64,000 nucleotides of DNA, from NCBI GenBank assembly GCA_010909165.1, contig VJWM01000063.1, positions 1,550,001-1,614,000 of the forward strand. The letters are read 5' to 3'. The translations under genes and the position numbers were made by a program. The stretch comes from Anthoceros angustus (taxonomy: Eukaryota > Plantae > Anthocerotophyta). The notes below the pieces were generated by a model. It saw only the letters and a program-made list of their open reading frames with translations. It was not told the origin of the DNA and did no database searches. Positions 1-11,934 of the stretch are shown here, one piece after another (position 1 is the first letter of the stretch; every line of letters starts with the position of its first letter).

Positions 1-1277
1 CGAGCATCCTCTAGACTACCACACTTTGCATACATGTTCACCAGGCTTCCACCTAGAACTACATCGGCCTGAAGTCCTCGTTCTCCTATCTGTGCATGAA
101 GCTGCCTACCATTCTCCAAAGCTGGGACACCCACACTAGCACATGCCTGCAGAAGACACATGTATGTCACAGAATTGGGTGCAGTCATGCCACCTTCTTG
201 CATAGCACTGTAAAGACGCAGGGCTTCCTGACCCATGCCCTGCTGGGAATATCCTCCGATCATGGCATTCCAAGTCACAACATCCTTCTGAGGTAGCCCG
301 TCAAAGACCCTTCGAGCGTCCTCCAAGCTACCGCACTTGGCATACATGTCCACCAAGCTGCTGCACACAAACAAGTCAGGCTCAATGCCACTAGCCAAGA
401 CATCAGTATGCACCTGCTGCCCAAATTTCAAGTTCTCTCCCCTTGCACAGGCCTGAAGGGCTGCTGCAAACACATGGCCATTTGGCTTCACATTTGACCG
501 GCGCATCTCCTGATACAGCTCTACGGCCTGTATGTCTTGTCCGTGTTTAACATGGGCAGAGATTATGGCACACCAGGTGAAGACATCTGGTTTTTCAACC
601 ACGGTGAACACGTCCATAGCCTCTTGCAACCTGCTATGAGAAGCATACATTCGGAGGATGTGGTTGCACAGGAACGTGTCCGTTTCATACCCCTTCTTCA
701 AGGTGAGAGCATGAACACGGCGAGCCAGAGCCAGATCCTTCTTAGCCACACATTCTTTTAGAACCGTATAAAACAGAGATCTGGAGATGTCACCGTGGGT
801 GTGCACAAGAACTCCCAGAGCCTCAATTGCCTCAGCGAGCTGCCCCTGCTGACATGACTTGCTCACGGTTTCAGGTGTGATCTCCCTTTCGTATCCTGCA
901 TGTCTGCGAGGGTGAAAATCATGGGGAACGATCGAGTTGGATGTAAGGACACAACCACCCACGTGCACGTCCAGAGCAGCCACCCCACAAGCTGACTTGT
1001 TGAATTCGTCAAACCAAAGGATATCCTGAGGCTCACTTAGCCGGGGATCAAGAGAACAGCAACTCTCCTGATGTTTGCTGTCCCACCAAAGCGTGGGATC
1101 CGAAGAAAATTGCCGCCGCAAGAGATCCTGGTCGTTGGAAGATGCCTCTCCAGCCAGACATCCTTTTGCTGCAAAGATACTGCACCTCACGGCACCGTTG
1201 TTTGCCAACAGATGGTTCCTTGAAGAAAGATGAGCGGGACCTCTTCCTCGGACGCCAGGTAACCTCCACACAGCCAT
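1..1277 (-). CDS. PLS-class pentatricopeptide repeat protein (organellar RNA-editing factor), 3' end runs off the window
   Basis: Manual translation gives an open frame from ATG at 1277 (MAVWRLPGVRGRGPAHLSSRNHLLA...) to the window edge. It has P/L/S motifs (DTFLCNHILRMYASHSRLQEAMDVF, VVTWNAMIGGYSQQGMGQEALRLY, LVNMYAKCGSLEDAR) and is collinear with the PPR at 5634-7781. It is probably absent from the ORF track because it has no stop inside the window. Confidence 0.92.
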   Translation of the reverse strand, partial: MAVWRLPGVRGRGPAHLSSRNHLLANNGAVRCSIFAAKGCLAGEASSNDQDLLRRQFSSDPTLWWDSKHQESCCSLDPRLSEPQDILWFDEFNKSACGVAALDVHVGGCVLTSNSIVPHDFHPRRHAGYEREITPETVSKSCQQGQLAEAIEALGVLVHTHGDISRSLFYTVLKECVAKKDLALARRVHALTLKKGYETDTFLCNHILRMYASHSRLQEAMDVFTVVEKPDVFTWCAIISAHVKHGQDIQAVELYQEMRRSNVKPNGHVFAAALQACARGENLKFGQQVHTDVLASGIEPDLFVCSSLVDMYAKCGSLEDARRVFDGLPQKDVVTWNAMIGGYSQQGMGQEALRLYSAMQEGGMTAPNSVTYMCLLQACASVGVPALENGRQLHAQIGERGLQADVVLGGSLVNMYAKCGSLEDA

Positions 1278-2043
1278 GGGCCGCAGGAGAATGCAGAATG
1301 GGGTACAGGTGGATCAAACTCCAATGATAGAACCTGAAGCATCAGACTATTTGTTCATAACGACCTGACAAGGAGCAGACTTGATTAACAGGTGCATGCC
1401 ACCGCCAATCCAGGGGAGAATCGGAATCTCACCCTAGGATATAGCAAATGTCGGTGATGTCTCAGCCCTCCCACCTCCTGTGCAGCTCGCAGGACATAAC
1501 AACTGGCAAGGACGTGAAATTTCATTTCCATCAATTCAAATCATGTGGAGTGAAGCTGTGAAATGCATGAAGCCCGAGACATTGTAAGCAGGCAGATCTA
1601 CAGTCTACATGTTTATGTACTACGAATGGCATTCTTACCAATCCCTTCAGGCCAGTAAGGCCTGCCACCCACCGTACCGCACGCCAGTGACATGCCATGG
1701 CCATCCCCATGCACATGACCAGCGTCCTCCATGGGTCGAAGGCCCCATTATAATAACACATTTTCTGCTCTCGTTGAGAGTTGTGAGAGGGTGGAGAGCG
1801 GAGACCACAAGACCTACACATTTACATTCATTCAAGTCCTTGGTTTAGCGAATTTTCTACAGCGGCTGGAAGAAAAATTCGTATTTCCGGCCGTTGTCAC
1901 GGCTTCACAACGCTGTGACTGGCTCGGGTTAAACCCACATGATAGGGTTGGAAGGGAAGGCGGACGTCGATTCCCGAAATCTGGCGTCACTTGCTACGCG
2001 CTACCGTGGTTGGACGCGAGCAAGCTCGGTGTGAGAAGAGAAA

Positions 2044-3016
2044 ATGGCCACGAAAATTGCAGTCAGGCAAGGATTCTACGCCGGCAGGCACATCCGCGTG
2101 GGCAACAGAGTCAGCGAGGACGGCGGAAACAAGTAACACTCGAGCTCTCCCTTGTGGTGGTTTTGAGGACACATCCTTGGATTCGCGAGTGTTTACTCTC
2201 GCTGATGACGCGCAGGACGAGATGGACATGGAGACCTAACGTGGAGAAGAAACGGCTCTACGGCTTGTTGCTGAATTCTCACGTCGACACAATTCGGCGG
2301 TTAGACAGGAAAGGTGAGCTTTGCGACAATGAGCTGGTTGCTGCTTGAGCAGAGCAGGTTTGTGTGACTTACGCCGGGCTTGTATGCAGTGCAGTTATTT
2401 TTCAGGCGGTGGCAACTCCGCAGACTCCTGTGACGGGGTTAGAGCTGACGGAGGAGAATGTGGAGAAGGTGCTGGATGAAGTGCGGCCTTATCTCATGTC
2501 GGACGGGGGAAATGTTGCCTTGCACGAAATAGATGGACTGGTTGTGAAGCTCAAGCTTCAGGGTGCGTGCGGATCCTGTCCCAGCTCGCTCATGACTATG
2601 AAGATGGGAATTGAGAGGCGGCTTATAGAGGCCATTCCAGAAATTGTAGGTGTAGAGCAGGTGATGGATGAGGAGACGGGGCTGGCCCTGAATGAGGAGA
2701 ACGTTGAGAAGGTGAGCCGCTTTCCTCCCTTTGTTGTGCTGTGTGGAGGATCTGCTGCAGTTTGATGCTGTCCGCAGTGAATGGATGCTGCTTGTCATGT
2801 TACTTACTAAAGTTACCGGTTGCGTAGGTGCTTTCGGAAATAAGGCCTTATTTGGCTGGTACTGGTGGGGGCACGCTAACACTGGTTAAGATCGACGGTC
2901 CCGTGGTGAAAATACAGATCGAAGGACCTGCGGCTGGTGTGATGACTGTACGTGTGGCCGTCACTCAGAAGCTCCGGGAGAAAATTCCTATGATTGCCGC
3001 TGTGCAACTCTTGTAA
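2044..3016 (+). CDS. NFU: Plastid NifU-like Fe-S cluster carrier (NFU2/NFU3 type, two NifU-C domains)
   Basis: Predicted exons 2044-2132, 2216-2313, 2395-2711, 2828-3016 with in-phase GT-AG introns. Domain 1: [24 protein letters not shown]...[11 protein letters not shown] (CxxC). Domain 2: [15 protein letters not shown]...[15 protein letters not shown] (no CxxC). The first two exons (transit peptide) are less certain. Confidence 0.93.
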
Positions 3017-3356
3017 AGCTATCGCGTTTCGCAATCTGTGTAAAACATGCCTTGTGTAGAGCTTTCTACAGATGTAGTATATCGCTTCATTTATTCTATT
3101 GTGTACACGGTAGTTTGGGAGGCTAAGAAACTCCGCCTTCATGTAACCTATTAGATTGGGAATTTTGGACGTGGAGATGGGCTGTTGAATCCAAGAGAAC
3201 GTGACTTTTGGGTGCGACGATTCTCTCCACATTGTCTGCTTAGCTGGATGCCTCTGTGCGCGAAAGGGTGGACGGTTTTGCGAACTACGTCACTGCATAA
3301 CTACAAATAAATACCTCACATGGGTACTGTTCGTTACGATCACAGGACCTACCTAA

Positions 3357-5122
3357 TTAACTACCAGAACCGGCAGGAATGGCCATTCCTCCTGATGCTG
3401 CATCTGCCAGTCTTTCGTGTTCCTTGTTCAAAAGCTGCAATGAAAGCAAAACGAGCTTAATCATTGGCAAGGACTCACATAGCAAAAGAGTAATAAGGAA
3501 ACAAGACATCAACATCCAAGTAGTACCTTATTGTTGATCAGATTGTGAAGAGCAACCACGCTACGGATCAGTGCAGAAAGGTAGATGACAAGCATCATAT
3601 CATTTGTTTTCACTGTCAACCAGCGTACAATGGGTGAGAACCTTTTTCTTTCAAAGAACATCAAATGAAAAAACTTAACCTGATGGGGAAAAGATTATGT
3701 CACGAGGACTCTGATCATACCTGCAAAAGCCTTAATCAATTCATCTATATTCAAGTTAGGAAGCAGATTGAATACATCCTGCAGAGCAAAGCGAAGCGTC
3801 GTTTGGTAAGCATTCAAATACACTAAAACATGGCAGTTACACCAGCACCTAGCAAGTTTCTACCTGGAGGTGGTACAAAATCTCGTGGTTAAGCGGAAGG
3901 TCCCCTTCCACAACATGGTCTAGGTACGAGTGGATTTCCTTGAGTCGAGCCTCCAATCCCTTCAGTGCAACTATCTTTCCCCCTACCTGTGCACCAAGGA
4001 AGCAGATGTCAGGGGGCACAAAAAGATAGATTCAGAGAAAAGAGATAGAGCAACCACAATAGTGCAGTTTCCACAACCAAGGCACTACGATACCTCGGAT
4101 GCTAGAGTACTGACTGTCGCATCTTTCACATCCCTCAAGAGATGTTCGACTCCTAGACAAAAGAAATCAAAGCATCCCTGTTACCGTACCGTACATGACA
4201 AACTCCACAATCTGTCAAGCAAATTCCAAACTCAAGCATACCGATCTCCTCAGCTTCATAAGCACCGATTTCTGAAGGAACGTGAACAAAGACTTTTTGA
4301 CTCTTCTGCGTTGCATCCTGCACAGGCAATCACAGGTCAGAGTGTGTCGTGTGTGGAACCTGCATGACAGCAATCGTAACGTACCTCCTTCACTTCTTCA
4401 ACCGCATAGTATGCCTTGGTTGGAATTCCGAGCTCCCTCGGCTGCACGTCAATGATCACCAAGACCGGGTTCGGAGCATAGCTGCAACCACCGTTCCAAC
4501 TCCCCCCCGTCACCACAATCCTACAACTCCTTTGCCTCCGAATACATCAACAAAAAACTCACAAACAAGCACCGAGACATACTCCCGAAACAGCTCATGG
4601 ATGTCCAGATCATTCTCCCGCAGCCTGGGACCAGTGCTGTACCATCCTACCACCTGCTCCTTCGCTGCACACAACCAGGCATCAACCATCAGCCAAACAA
4701 CAGCACACCCAACACCGAAAACCCCACAAAACAAGCTGCACTGTCCGCCTTCCTCCCACCGTTAATCCTCTTGAACATGTCGAACATCTGCTCGTGGTAG
4801 TTGTGATCCAGAAACCAGATACTCGCATCCTTGTCATCCTCCTCAAACGGCACTGCGAGGCCACCATCCCCCGTCCCCGTGAGAATGCGTGCAGATCCAA
4901 CCCCCAGACCCAGAGAGCAGGAAACGCGCGGGCACCGGCATAGCTGTTGGTGATGTCGAGGCGGCCGCGGAAGGTCGCTCCCAGCAGCACCCCGAGCACG
5001 CGCTTGCGAGTATCCTTGGCCACCCGATTGTAATTGTCCACGATGCTGAGCAGCACCAGAGGATGCACCACCACTTTCTCAATCACGTTCCCCGATCCCG
5101 CCTGGCTCACCACCACGTCCAT
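3357..5122 (-). CDS. RPN8: 26S proteasome non-ATPase regulatory subunit RPN8 (MPN-minus, PSMD7)
   Basis: About 10 exons traced by hand: [33 protein letters not shown] / [24 protein letters not shown] / VVGWYSTGP / [20 protein letters not shown] / [27 protein letters not shown] / VFNLLPNLN / [31 protein letters not shown] at 5122, TAA at 3357-3359. Confidence 0.96.
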
Positions 5123-5633
5123 CAGGGCTTCTGTTCCCTCGCCTCGTCTGAGTCCTACAGTCCGCCCTCCCTGACAAACAGGTCGTGGAATTCGCAAAGA
5201 CCCCTAAGTTAGTCCCTCTAGGTCTCGCCATAGGAGCCCACAAGAGCTCGGACTGGAGGCGATGGAGCAGCGTCCGGAAGCTTGGAATCGATTCCAATGA
5301 AATCAAATCAAAATGATTTCGACCTTTCCTGGCGGTTTGCATGCATATACGTACATCCACATGAGAGCTGGGCTGGGCTTCAGTATCAGTGGTCGTTCTA
5401 GGAACGTTTCATCTTCCTTGCACGCAACACTGTGTTGGCATCCTATGGTGTGCAGGTTTCTTACCATGATCAAGGTGCCAGTTTCAATTTCTTCACTGCA
5501 TTCGTCATTGAAGGAAGGTCACTCGCCTCACAACCTCTCATGAAGCAAGAGTTGAAGTACAGAAGAAGTTACTTACCTTCATCCCACAATCAGATACGTC
5601 GACGATTCAGATGTGACGAATATCCCTCCTCCT

Positions 5634-7781
5634 TCATTTTGGAAGCAGCTGTTTCAGCCTTGCTCCACTCCCAGGAGGCTGATGCTGACGCTTCTTGTAC
5701 CCAACCCGAAAGATGTGAACCAGGCCGTCCATGTCTGTCCAGCAGCTCTGGCCTGGCTGTTTCCATGCCCCAGTCCCTACTCTCTTTGTCTGCATTTCTT
5801 GTGCCTGCTCCCACATCTGGGCACCCGCGTATATGTTCAGCATCAGCACGTATGCTGCAGGATCTTTCTTGTCCAGCTTCACTGCTTCATGGAAAGCATG
5901 GCGGCCAACATCCACGTTGCTCCACTTTTGACAGGCACCCAACAGAGTGCTCCAAACTGTAGCATCAGGGGGTACAGGCATGGACCGTACCAAAACTAGT
6001 GCTTCGTCGAGTCGGCCAGCACGACCCAGGAGATCGACCATGCACGTGTAGTGCTCCACAGTGGGACTGATGCCATACTGTCGGCTCATAGCCTTGAAGT
6101 ACTCCTGCCCCTTGCTCACTAGACCTGTATGACTGCATACTGTTAGAAGACTGAGGAATGTCGTGCCGGTTGGACGTATGCCATCCTGTGCCATTCTGTG
6201 GAACAAGTGAAACACCATCTCGCTGTTCCCTTGGGAGGTGTAGCCTGCAATCAGTGCACTCCAGGCGATGACATCGCGTTCGTGCATGGCATCAAACACC
6301 TCCTGAGCATCAACCATGCTACCGGATTTCCCGTACATGCTTATCAAACTGCCGGCTATGAACACATCAGCTTGAAGCCCCTGCTCTTTGATCTGTGCAT
6401 GTAGCTGCCTTCCCAGATGCAGAGCTGCCACATTTGCACATGCCTGCAGGAGGCAGGCAAATGTCACAGCATCGGGTACAGCAATGCCGCCTTCTTGCAT
6501 AGCAGTGTATAAACGGAGGGCTTCCTGCCCCATGCCCTGCTGGGAATACCCTGCTATCATGGTAGTCCACGTTACTACATTCTTGTGACCGAGTCTGTCA
6601 AACACCCTCTGTGCGTCCTCCACGCTGCCACACTTCGCATACATGTTCACCAGACTGCTGGCCACAAACACATCAGCTTCATGTCCTTGATCTCTGATCT
6701 GCGCATGAAGCTCCTTCCCCTTCTCCAAAGCTGGGGTGCCCACACTTGCACATGCCTGCAGGAGGCACACAAATGTCACAGAGTCAGGCTCAACCAAGCC
6801 TTCGTCCTGCATAGCCCTGTACACACCAAGGGCTTTCTGCCCCATGCCCTTCTGCGAATACCCTGCTATCATAGCATTCCAGGTGACCACAGTCTTCTCA
6901 CCAAGCCCGCGAAACACTCTCTCAGCATCTTCCAAGCTGCCACACTTGGCATACATATCCACCAAGCAGTTACAGACAAACACATCCGGCTCCACTCCAC
7001 CGGCCAACACATCAGCATGCACCTCCTGCCCAGCCTCCAAGTCCAATCCCCTTGCACAAGCCTGAAGGGCTGCCACAAACACATGCCCATCCGGCTTCAC
7101 ACTTGACATCCGCATCCTACGATACAATCGTATGGCCTCCTTATCCTGCCCGTGTCTAACATGTGCAGCTATGACAGAAGACCACATGAAGGCATCTGGC
7201 TTCTCCACCGCACTAAACACATCCATCGCGTCTTGCAACCTGCCATGAGAAGAATACATCCGCAGGATGTGATTGCCCAGGAACGTATCCGACTCATATC
7301 CCTTCTTCACCGTGAAAGCATGCACACGGCGACCCAGAACAAGATTCTTCTCCACCACACATCTCCTCAGCACCGTATAAAGCAGAGATGTGGCAATCCC
7401 TCTGTCTGTCTGCACCAGAGCTCCCAGAGCCTCAACAGCCTCAGTGACATGGCCCCCATCACAAAGCTGGCTCACGGTCTCCTCCGTCACACTCCTCTCC
7501 CCCCACAAGGCCCTAGCCTGAATCTTACTTTGCCTGCTATCCCACAAAAATGTAGACCCATCTCCAATCCAAAATGACCTTGCACGGGCTGGGCCCGGGC
7601 ATGTCGAGAATGTGGTGCACTTTGCACCTTCCTTGACTGCCAACAGTAGGTTCCTTGAAGTCAGGCGAGCAGGCCCATTTCCTAGAATACCCGTTAACCC
7701 ACCAACACCAAACTGCTGGGTCCACCCCAACAGATCCTGCTGCCTCTTGCATGACTCAATCCCACCACACCAAGCAGCCAT
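5634..7781 (-). CDS. PLS-class PPR protein ending in E1-E2 and a PG-box (E+ type, no intact DYW domain), 715 aa, intronless
   Basis: ORF track. Repeated PLS triplets; C-terminus WSTLLGACQKW...DPAAYVLMLNIYA...WKQPGQSCWTDMDGLVHIFRVG, then stop. Confidence 0.95.
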   Translation of the reverse strand: MAAWCGGIESCKRQQDLLGWTQQFGVGGLTGILGNGPARLTSRNLLLAVKEGAKCTTFSTCPGPARARSFWIGDGSTFLWDSRQSKIQARALWGERSVTEETVSQLCDGGHVTEAVEALGALVQTDRGIATSLLYTVLRRCVVEKNLVLGRRVHAFTVKKGYESDTFLGNHILRMYSSHGRLQDAMDVFSAVEKPDAFMWSSVIAAHVRHGQDKEAIRLYRRMRMSSVKPDGHVFVAALQACARGLDLEAGQEVHADVLAGGVEPDVFVCNCLVDMYAKCGSLEDAERVFRGLGEKTVVTWNAMIAGYSQKGMGQKALGVYRAMQDEGLVEPDSVTFVCLLQACASVGTPALEKGKELHAQIRDQGHEADVFVASSLVNMYAKCGSVEDAQRVFDRLGHKNVVTWTTMIAGYSQQGMGQEALRLYTAMQEGGIAVPDAVTFACLLQACANVAALHLGRQLHAQIKEQGLQADVFIAGSLISMYGKSGSMVDAQEVFDAMHERDVIAWSALIAGYTSQGNSEMVFHLFHRMAQDGIRPTGTTFLSLLTVCSHTGLVSKGQEYFKAMSRQYGISPTVEHYTCMVDLLGRAGRLDEALVLVRSMPVPPDATVWSTLLGACQKWSNVDVGRHAFHEAVKLDKKDPAAYVLMLNIYAGAQMWEQAQEMQTKRVGTGAWKQPGQSCWTDMDGLVHIFRVGYKKRQHQPPGSGARLKQLLPK

Positions 7782-8768
7782 GGCTCACAACACCACCCAC
7801 TCAGCCTGTGCCTGTTCCTTGGAGCAACTCGGCAACCATTTTATTTCACTCCTTCGGCGACGCAGCACTTGCATCCTGCAAACCGTGAACCATGGAGGAG
7901 AAATGCTTGTTAGATATCCAATGCATTCGAATGCGGACAAACCCATCCATCCTGAAGACACCCTTTAGGGAAGACCCCGAAGGTCTCAGTGGGGTGAACG
8001 ACACACAGCCTGCATGCATCAGAGCCATGCCCACAACAACATCATGAATCATATGCACCGAAATGCATGACATGTACCTATGTATATCACCGAGATTCGT
8101 GAACTTTCTATGGGAGGCATGAAACTGGACCTGGAACTGGAACTGGAACTCTCCCATGGAAACTGCGATAGCCAGCCCTCCGAGTTTCCACAGAGTTACG
8201 AATTCTTACATAGACCACATATTTGGTAAGCCCTGACGTGTGTGAACGCGTATGTTCGCGAAAGGAATGTGAAAAGGCGGCGAATAACCCGAGGGATCGC
8301 ACTTTGTGATCAGGAGCGGAGAGCCGCTTGTGATGCTCGCCTTGGGGGATGGTCGGCGGTAGCCATCTCGTGGTGTTGCGAATGGGCCGGTGCTGAGAGG
8401 CTCGTCACTGTGACACACGAGAAGCAGGGCCAGGACCAGAGCCAGATCGCAGCAGTATTCATTCGATCTCGTCGCCGGACTGAAGCCAATCCAATCCGCA
8501 ACAGCAACAGCAACAGCAGCAGCAGCAGCGACAGCAACAGCAGAAGGAGCAACTCGATTCAGCGTCTGGCCAGGTTCTTTGTCCTCAATCCCATGCTTTC
8601 CACCTCCGATTGCTGGCCCCTGGCCTGGTGCGAATTGCAGCGTTTGTGGAGTTTTGGGGGAGGCGGTGGTTTGCGCTGACAGTATGGGGTTTGGCGCAGG
8701 GTGTTTGCGGTGCAGGGAGGAGGAGGTGCGTGCGGCTGGAGGCTGTGAGGAGGTCGGGAAGGTATCCG

Positions 8769-10658
8769 ATGGAGGCGGAAGCCGGGGAGGAGCGGGGAGG
8801 CGGGGAAGGGCATGCAGCGGCAGGGGCAGGGGGAGGGGGAGGCCCGCAGCTGCACTGGTGCTACCAGTGCAACAAGGAGGTGGCAGTTGAGGCTGCGGGA
8901 GATGAGCAAGGTATGTGCTGTGTGGAGTGTGGGAGTGGGTTTGTGGAGATGATGGCCACGGCCCAAGCGGTGCCTGATGTGCGGCGGGCACAGAGGCGGA
9001 GACGGCACCAGGGGGCTGCTGGGATGGCCCAGGGTCAGGCTCAGGCTCAGGGCAACAACCGTGTAAGACGTGCTGCTTTGGCTGAGGCTCTTGAGCATGC
9101 TTACCCGCAGCAGCTGATGCAGGTCTTCAGGCTGTTAGGGCAGGCAACGCACACCTCCACGCAACCACCATCTCCAGTCCAAGTGGACTCGTCCGGGCAA
9201 GGGCAGGGAAATGCTGATGCTCTCGTGGTGCAGGACCAGGAGGTCCCAGTGGGTGGCAGAGAGGGAGCGGCGTACAGGAGGATGGCCTTGGCCATGGGGC
9301 TGGGGTATGTGGCACCATCGGATGTGACCGTGGAGGATGAGGGGCAGCCTTCGTCGTTGAGTCTTCCTGCGCATGCTGGGTATGAGGTGGGGGGAATGGA
9401 TCGGGAGCAAGAGGAACGGGAGGAGCTTGGTGCAGCTATGAGGATGGCTGCTGAAGGGAGTGATAGTGAAGTGGAGGAGGCGGAGGGGATGCGGCTGGAC
9501 TTTGACGCGTGGGATTCGGTGGATGAGGAGGAGTGGGAGGAGTTGGATGAGGATGGGGATGATGCAGGGGCAGAGCCTCTGCCGCCTGGAGATGTTGGCA
9601 GCAGGCTTCGGCCGGAAGCGGTCGCACAGGCGGTGTTGGGAGGGAGGGGGGCACTGGGAGGGAGGGGGAATGCGAGGACGCGTGATCTTCAGAGTTTGCA
9701 GATGAGGACGAGGAGAATTGAGAACACCCTGCACCAGTATCTGCAAGATCTGCTGCAGAATCTGGTGGGTCAGAACATTGAGGTTCATGTGGAACTGCCC
9801 CAAGGTGGGAACCCCCTGTATGTGGGCAATCCGGGAGACTATGTGGATGCTAGGGGATTCGAGCAGCTGCTGCAGCAGATGGCTGAGAATGACAGTTCCA
9901 GGAGGGGTGCCCCACCTGCTTCGAAATCAGCAGTGGAGGCTCTGCCCACGGTTAAAATCGAGCAGGAGCACATCGACCAAGGAGCTGCATTCTGTGCTAT
10001 CTGCAAGGAGGTGGTTGCTCTTGATGAGCCTGTGAAACAGCTCCCTTGTTTCCATCTCTACCATTACGACTGCATCCTGCCTTGGCTTACCTCAAGAAAT
10101 TCATGCCCAGTGTGTCGTTACGAGCTGCCCACCGACGACCCTGACTATGAGCAGGAAAAGCAAGGGAGGCATGTCTCCTCACAGAACGGCAATACGACGA
10201 CTGGTCTTTCTGGAAACGACGCAGCCACCACTGGGGGTCCACAACAAGACGGAGGGCAGGCAGACATGGAGGCTGTGGACTCTCTGGAATCCAGCATCAG
10301 CAGCAGCAGCAGGGAAAGCACCGACAGCGAGCCCTCAGATTATGCAGACGCCCTGGGCCCAGACCAGGATATAGCTCCAGATTCAGACCCAACACCCACA
10401 CCGGACTCCCCTTCGGAGACCGGCGGCGGTGGTCCGAGAGGTTGGCTAGCCCTTGGTGCAGGACCTGTCCTGAGTATGATGGGCATAGTGCTAATGCTGT
10501 GCCTGAAAAGTCATCTCATGGGTCGCAGCCTCGACATTCACAGCTCCCATGACATCCAGAGGCCTCCTCGTTACTTCCAGGAGCCTCATCTCGAGCAAGC
10601 GGTGGGGGCTAGTGGAGGGCATTCCCGGTCAAGATGGTGGTTGCCGTTTCAAAGGTGA
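8769..10658 (+). CDS. RING-H2 E3 ubiquitin ligase with N-terminal zinc ribbon (RNF115/126/CIP8-like) and a C-terminal hydrophobic segment
   Basis: Likely ATG at 8769 (MEAEAG). Zinc ribbon HWCYQCNKEV...CVECGSGFVE; GNPGDYVDARGFEQLLQQMAE...GAPPASKSAVEALP; RING-H2 CAICKE...PCFHLYHYDCILPWLTSRNSCPVCR; hydrophobic LALGAGPVLSMMGIVLMLCL. Confidence 0.95.
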   Translation: MEAEAGEERGGGEGHAAAGAGGGGGPQLHWCYQCNKEVAVEAAGDEQGMCCVECGSGFVEMMATAQAVPDVRRAQRRRRHQGAAGMAQGQAQAQGNNRVRRAALAEALEHAYPQQLMQVFRLLGQATHTSTQPPSPVQVDSSGQGQGNADALVVQDQEVPVGGREGAAYRRMALAMGLGYVAPSDVTVEDEGQPSSLSLPAHAGYEVGGMDREQEEREELGAAMRMAAEGSDSEVEEAEGMRLDFDAWDSVDEEEWEELDEDGDDAGAEPLPPGDVGSRLRPEAVAQAVLGGRGALGGRGNARTRDLQSLQMRTRRIENTLHQYLQDLLQNLVGQNIEVHVELPQGGNPLYVGNPGDYVDARGFEQLLQQMAENDSSRRGAPPASKSAVEALPTVKIEQEHIDQGAAFCAICKEVVALDEPVKQLPCFHLYHYDCILPWLTSRNSCPVCRYELPTDDPDYEQEKQGRHVSSQNGNTTTGLSGNDAATTGGPQQDGGQADMEAVDSLESSISSSSRESTDSEPSDYADALGPDQDIAPDSDPTPTPDSPSETGGGGPRGWLALGAGPVLSMMGIVLMLCLKSHLMGRSLDIHSSHDIQRPPRYFQEPHLEQAVGASGGHSRSRWWLPFQR

Positions 10659-11532
10659 CTCTGGGTTGGTTGGAGTGGGATACTATTTCCAATATGACAG
10701 AGGCTGGACTCTGCAGCCAGCGGTTACGTGCTATGTTTCTGACACTGTACAAGACAAATCTCGTCCGTGGCCATGCTTCCTCGCATAATGTCGCCAGTAC
10801 TGAAATCATGCACCCACTGCGCGGCAGGTTTTTGTGTTGATACAGAGGAACTCGCGGCCTGGCTCTCGTATATGTCGGACATGGCCAACCTCCTTTTTGG
10901 AAGGATAGAGATCGTTACGTGTATGAACGTTGAATTGCAGATTATTTCTTAAATCGTCATTGCTTCTCTTATTTGACCTCCGATTAACTTCACTACCTGA
11001 GCTTGGAATGCGTTCTGTGGAAACGCGGCTAGAGCGCCAGAGCAGTGTTTGAACTTGAACAGCAGTAAATTTGAAGGGCGGAATCTGAAGGTTACAAGTT
11101 TTTTGACTAATTGTGTGCGGTTTTCGAAGTCGCATACCTTTTTTTGCAAGCCCATTGAAGAACTAAGTAAATCTGTTCCTTCAATGTTTACGTAATACTT
11201 GTTTCACTTTTGACCTTGTTTCACTTTTAACCTAGCTATAAATGAGGGCTTTGATCTATGAGCATGTTTTTTGAGGATGGGTTGGTTCCTTGTGGGTTAT
11301 CATTGGCAGGAATGGCTGCCCAAAGGGATTATATAACTTATGAGCCAGTGGTTGGATAGAGTTTGCTGCCTAATAAAATCCGTTCCCTCCATACTTTGAT
11401 TGGGGTTTCTCCCTTCCCCCTCCTATGCTTAGGGTGGGTTTCCATGTAGCCCAGCCCGGTCCCGTAAAGCCCGAGCTTAAGACGGGCCCGGGTATTCACA
11501 TGCTATGCGAATCCCCTATGTGTTACCGTTGG

Positions 11533-11696
11533 TTTCTGGTATCGTAGACCGCCTATAAGCAGGACCTCGTAACATACCACAAGTGCTTGTATATAGAGTT
11601 GCGTGCTTGTTTCCCTTTCTGGTATCGTAGACCGCCTATAAGCAGGACCTCGTAACATACCACAAGTGCTTGTATGTAGAGTTGCGTGCTTGTTTC
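11533..11696. repeat. Direct tandem duplication, 83-bp unit x2
   Basis: TTTCTGGTATCGTAGACCGCC...GCGTGCTTGTTTC starts at 11533 and again at 11616; the copies are near-identical. Confidence 0.9.
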
Positions 11697-11934
11697 GTTG
11701 CCTTTCAGTTTGCCAGCCATTTCCACACACGGGGTTGAAGAGGTGCGGGCTTTGCGATCGTATGCGCACTCCACAATGTTCAATGTCCTCGCTGGAATGA
11801 GTCCGCCTCACCTTCCAGGTTCAACAACTCTAAGGGCCATGGATTTCAGAACTCAGTGAGGACAAAGGAATACAGCCAAGAGATTTTCGAGGTGCCATCC
11901 AACATTCCATCCCAAGTTGTCGATGAGCCTTCAA

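Noticed and set aside
8206-9803. Long ORFs 8206-8991, 8559-9098 and 9135-9803 (-)
   Set aside because: Antisense shadows of the GC-rich RING gene and its simple-repeat leader; low-complexity translations.
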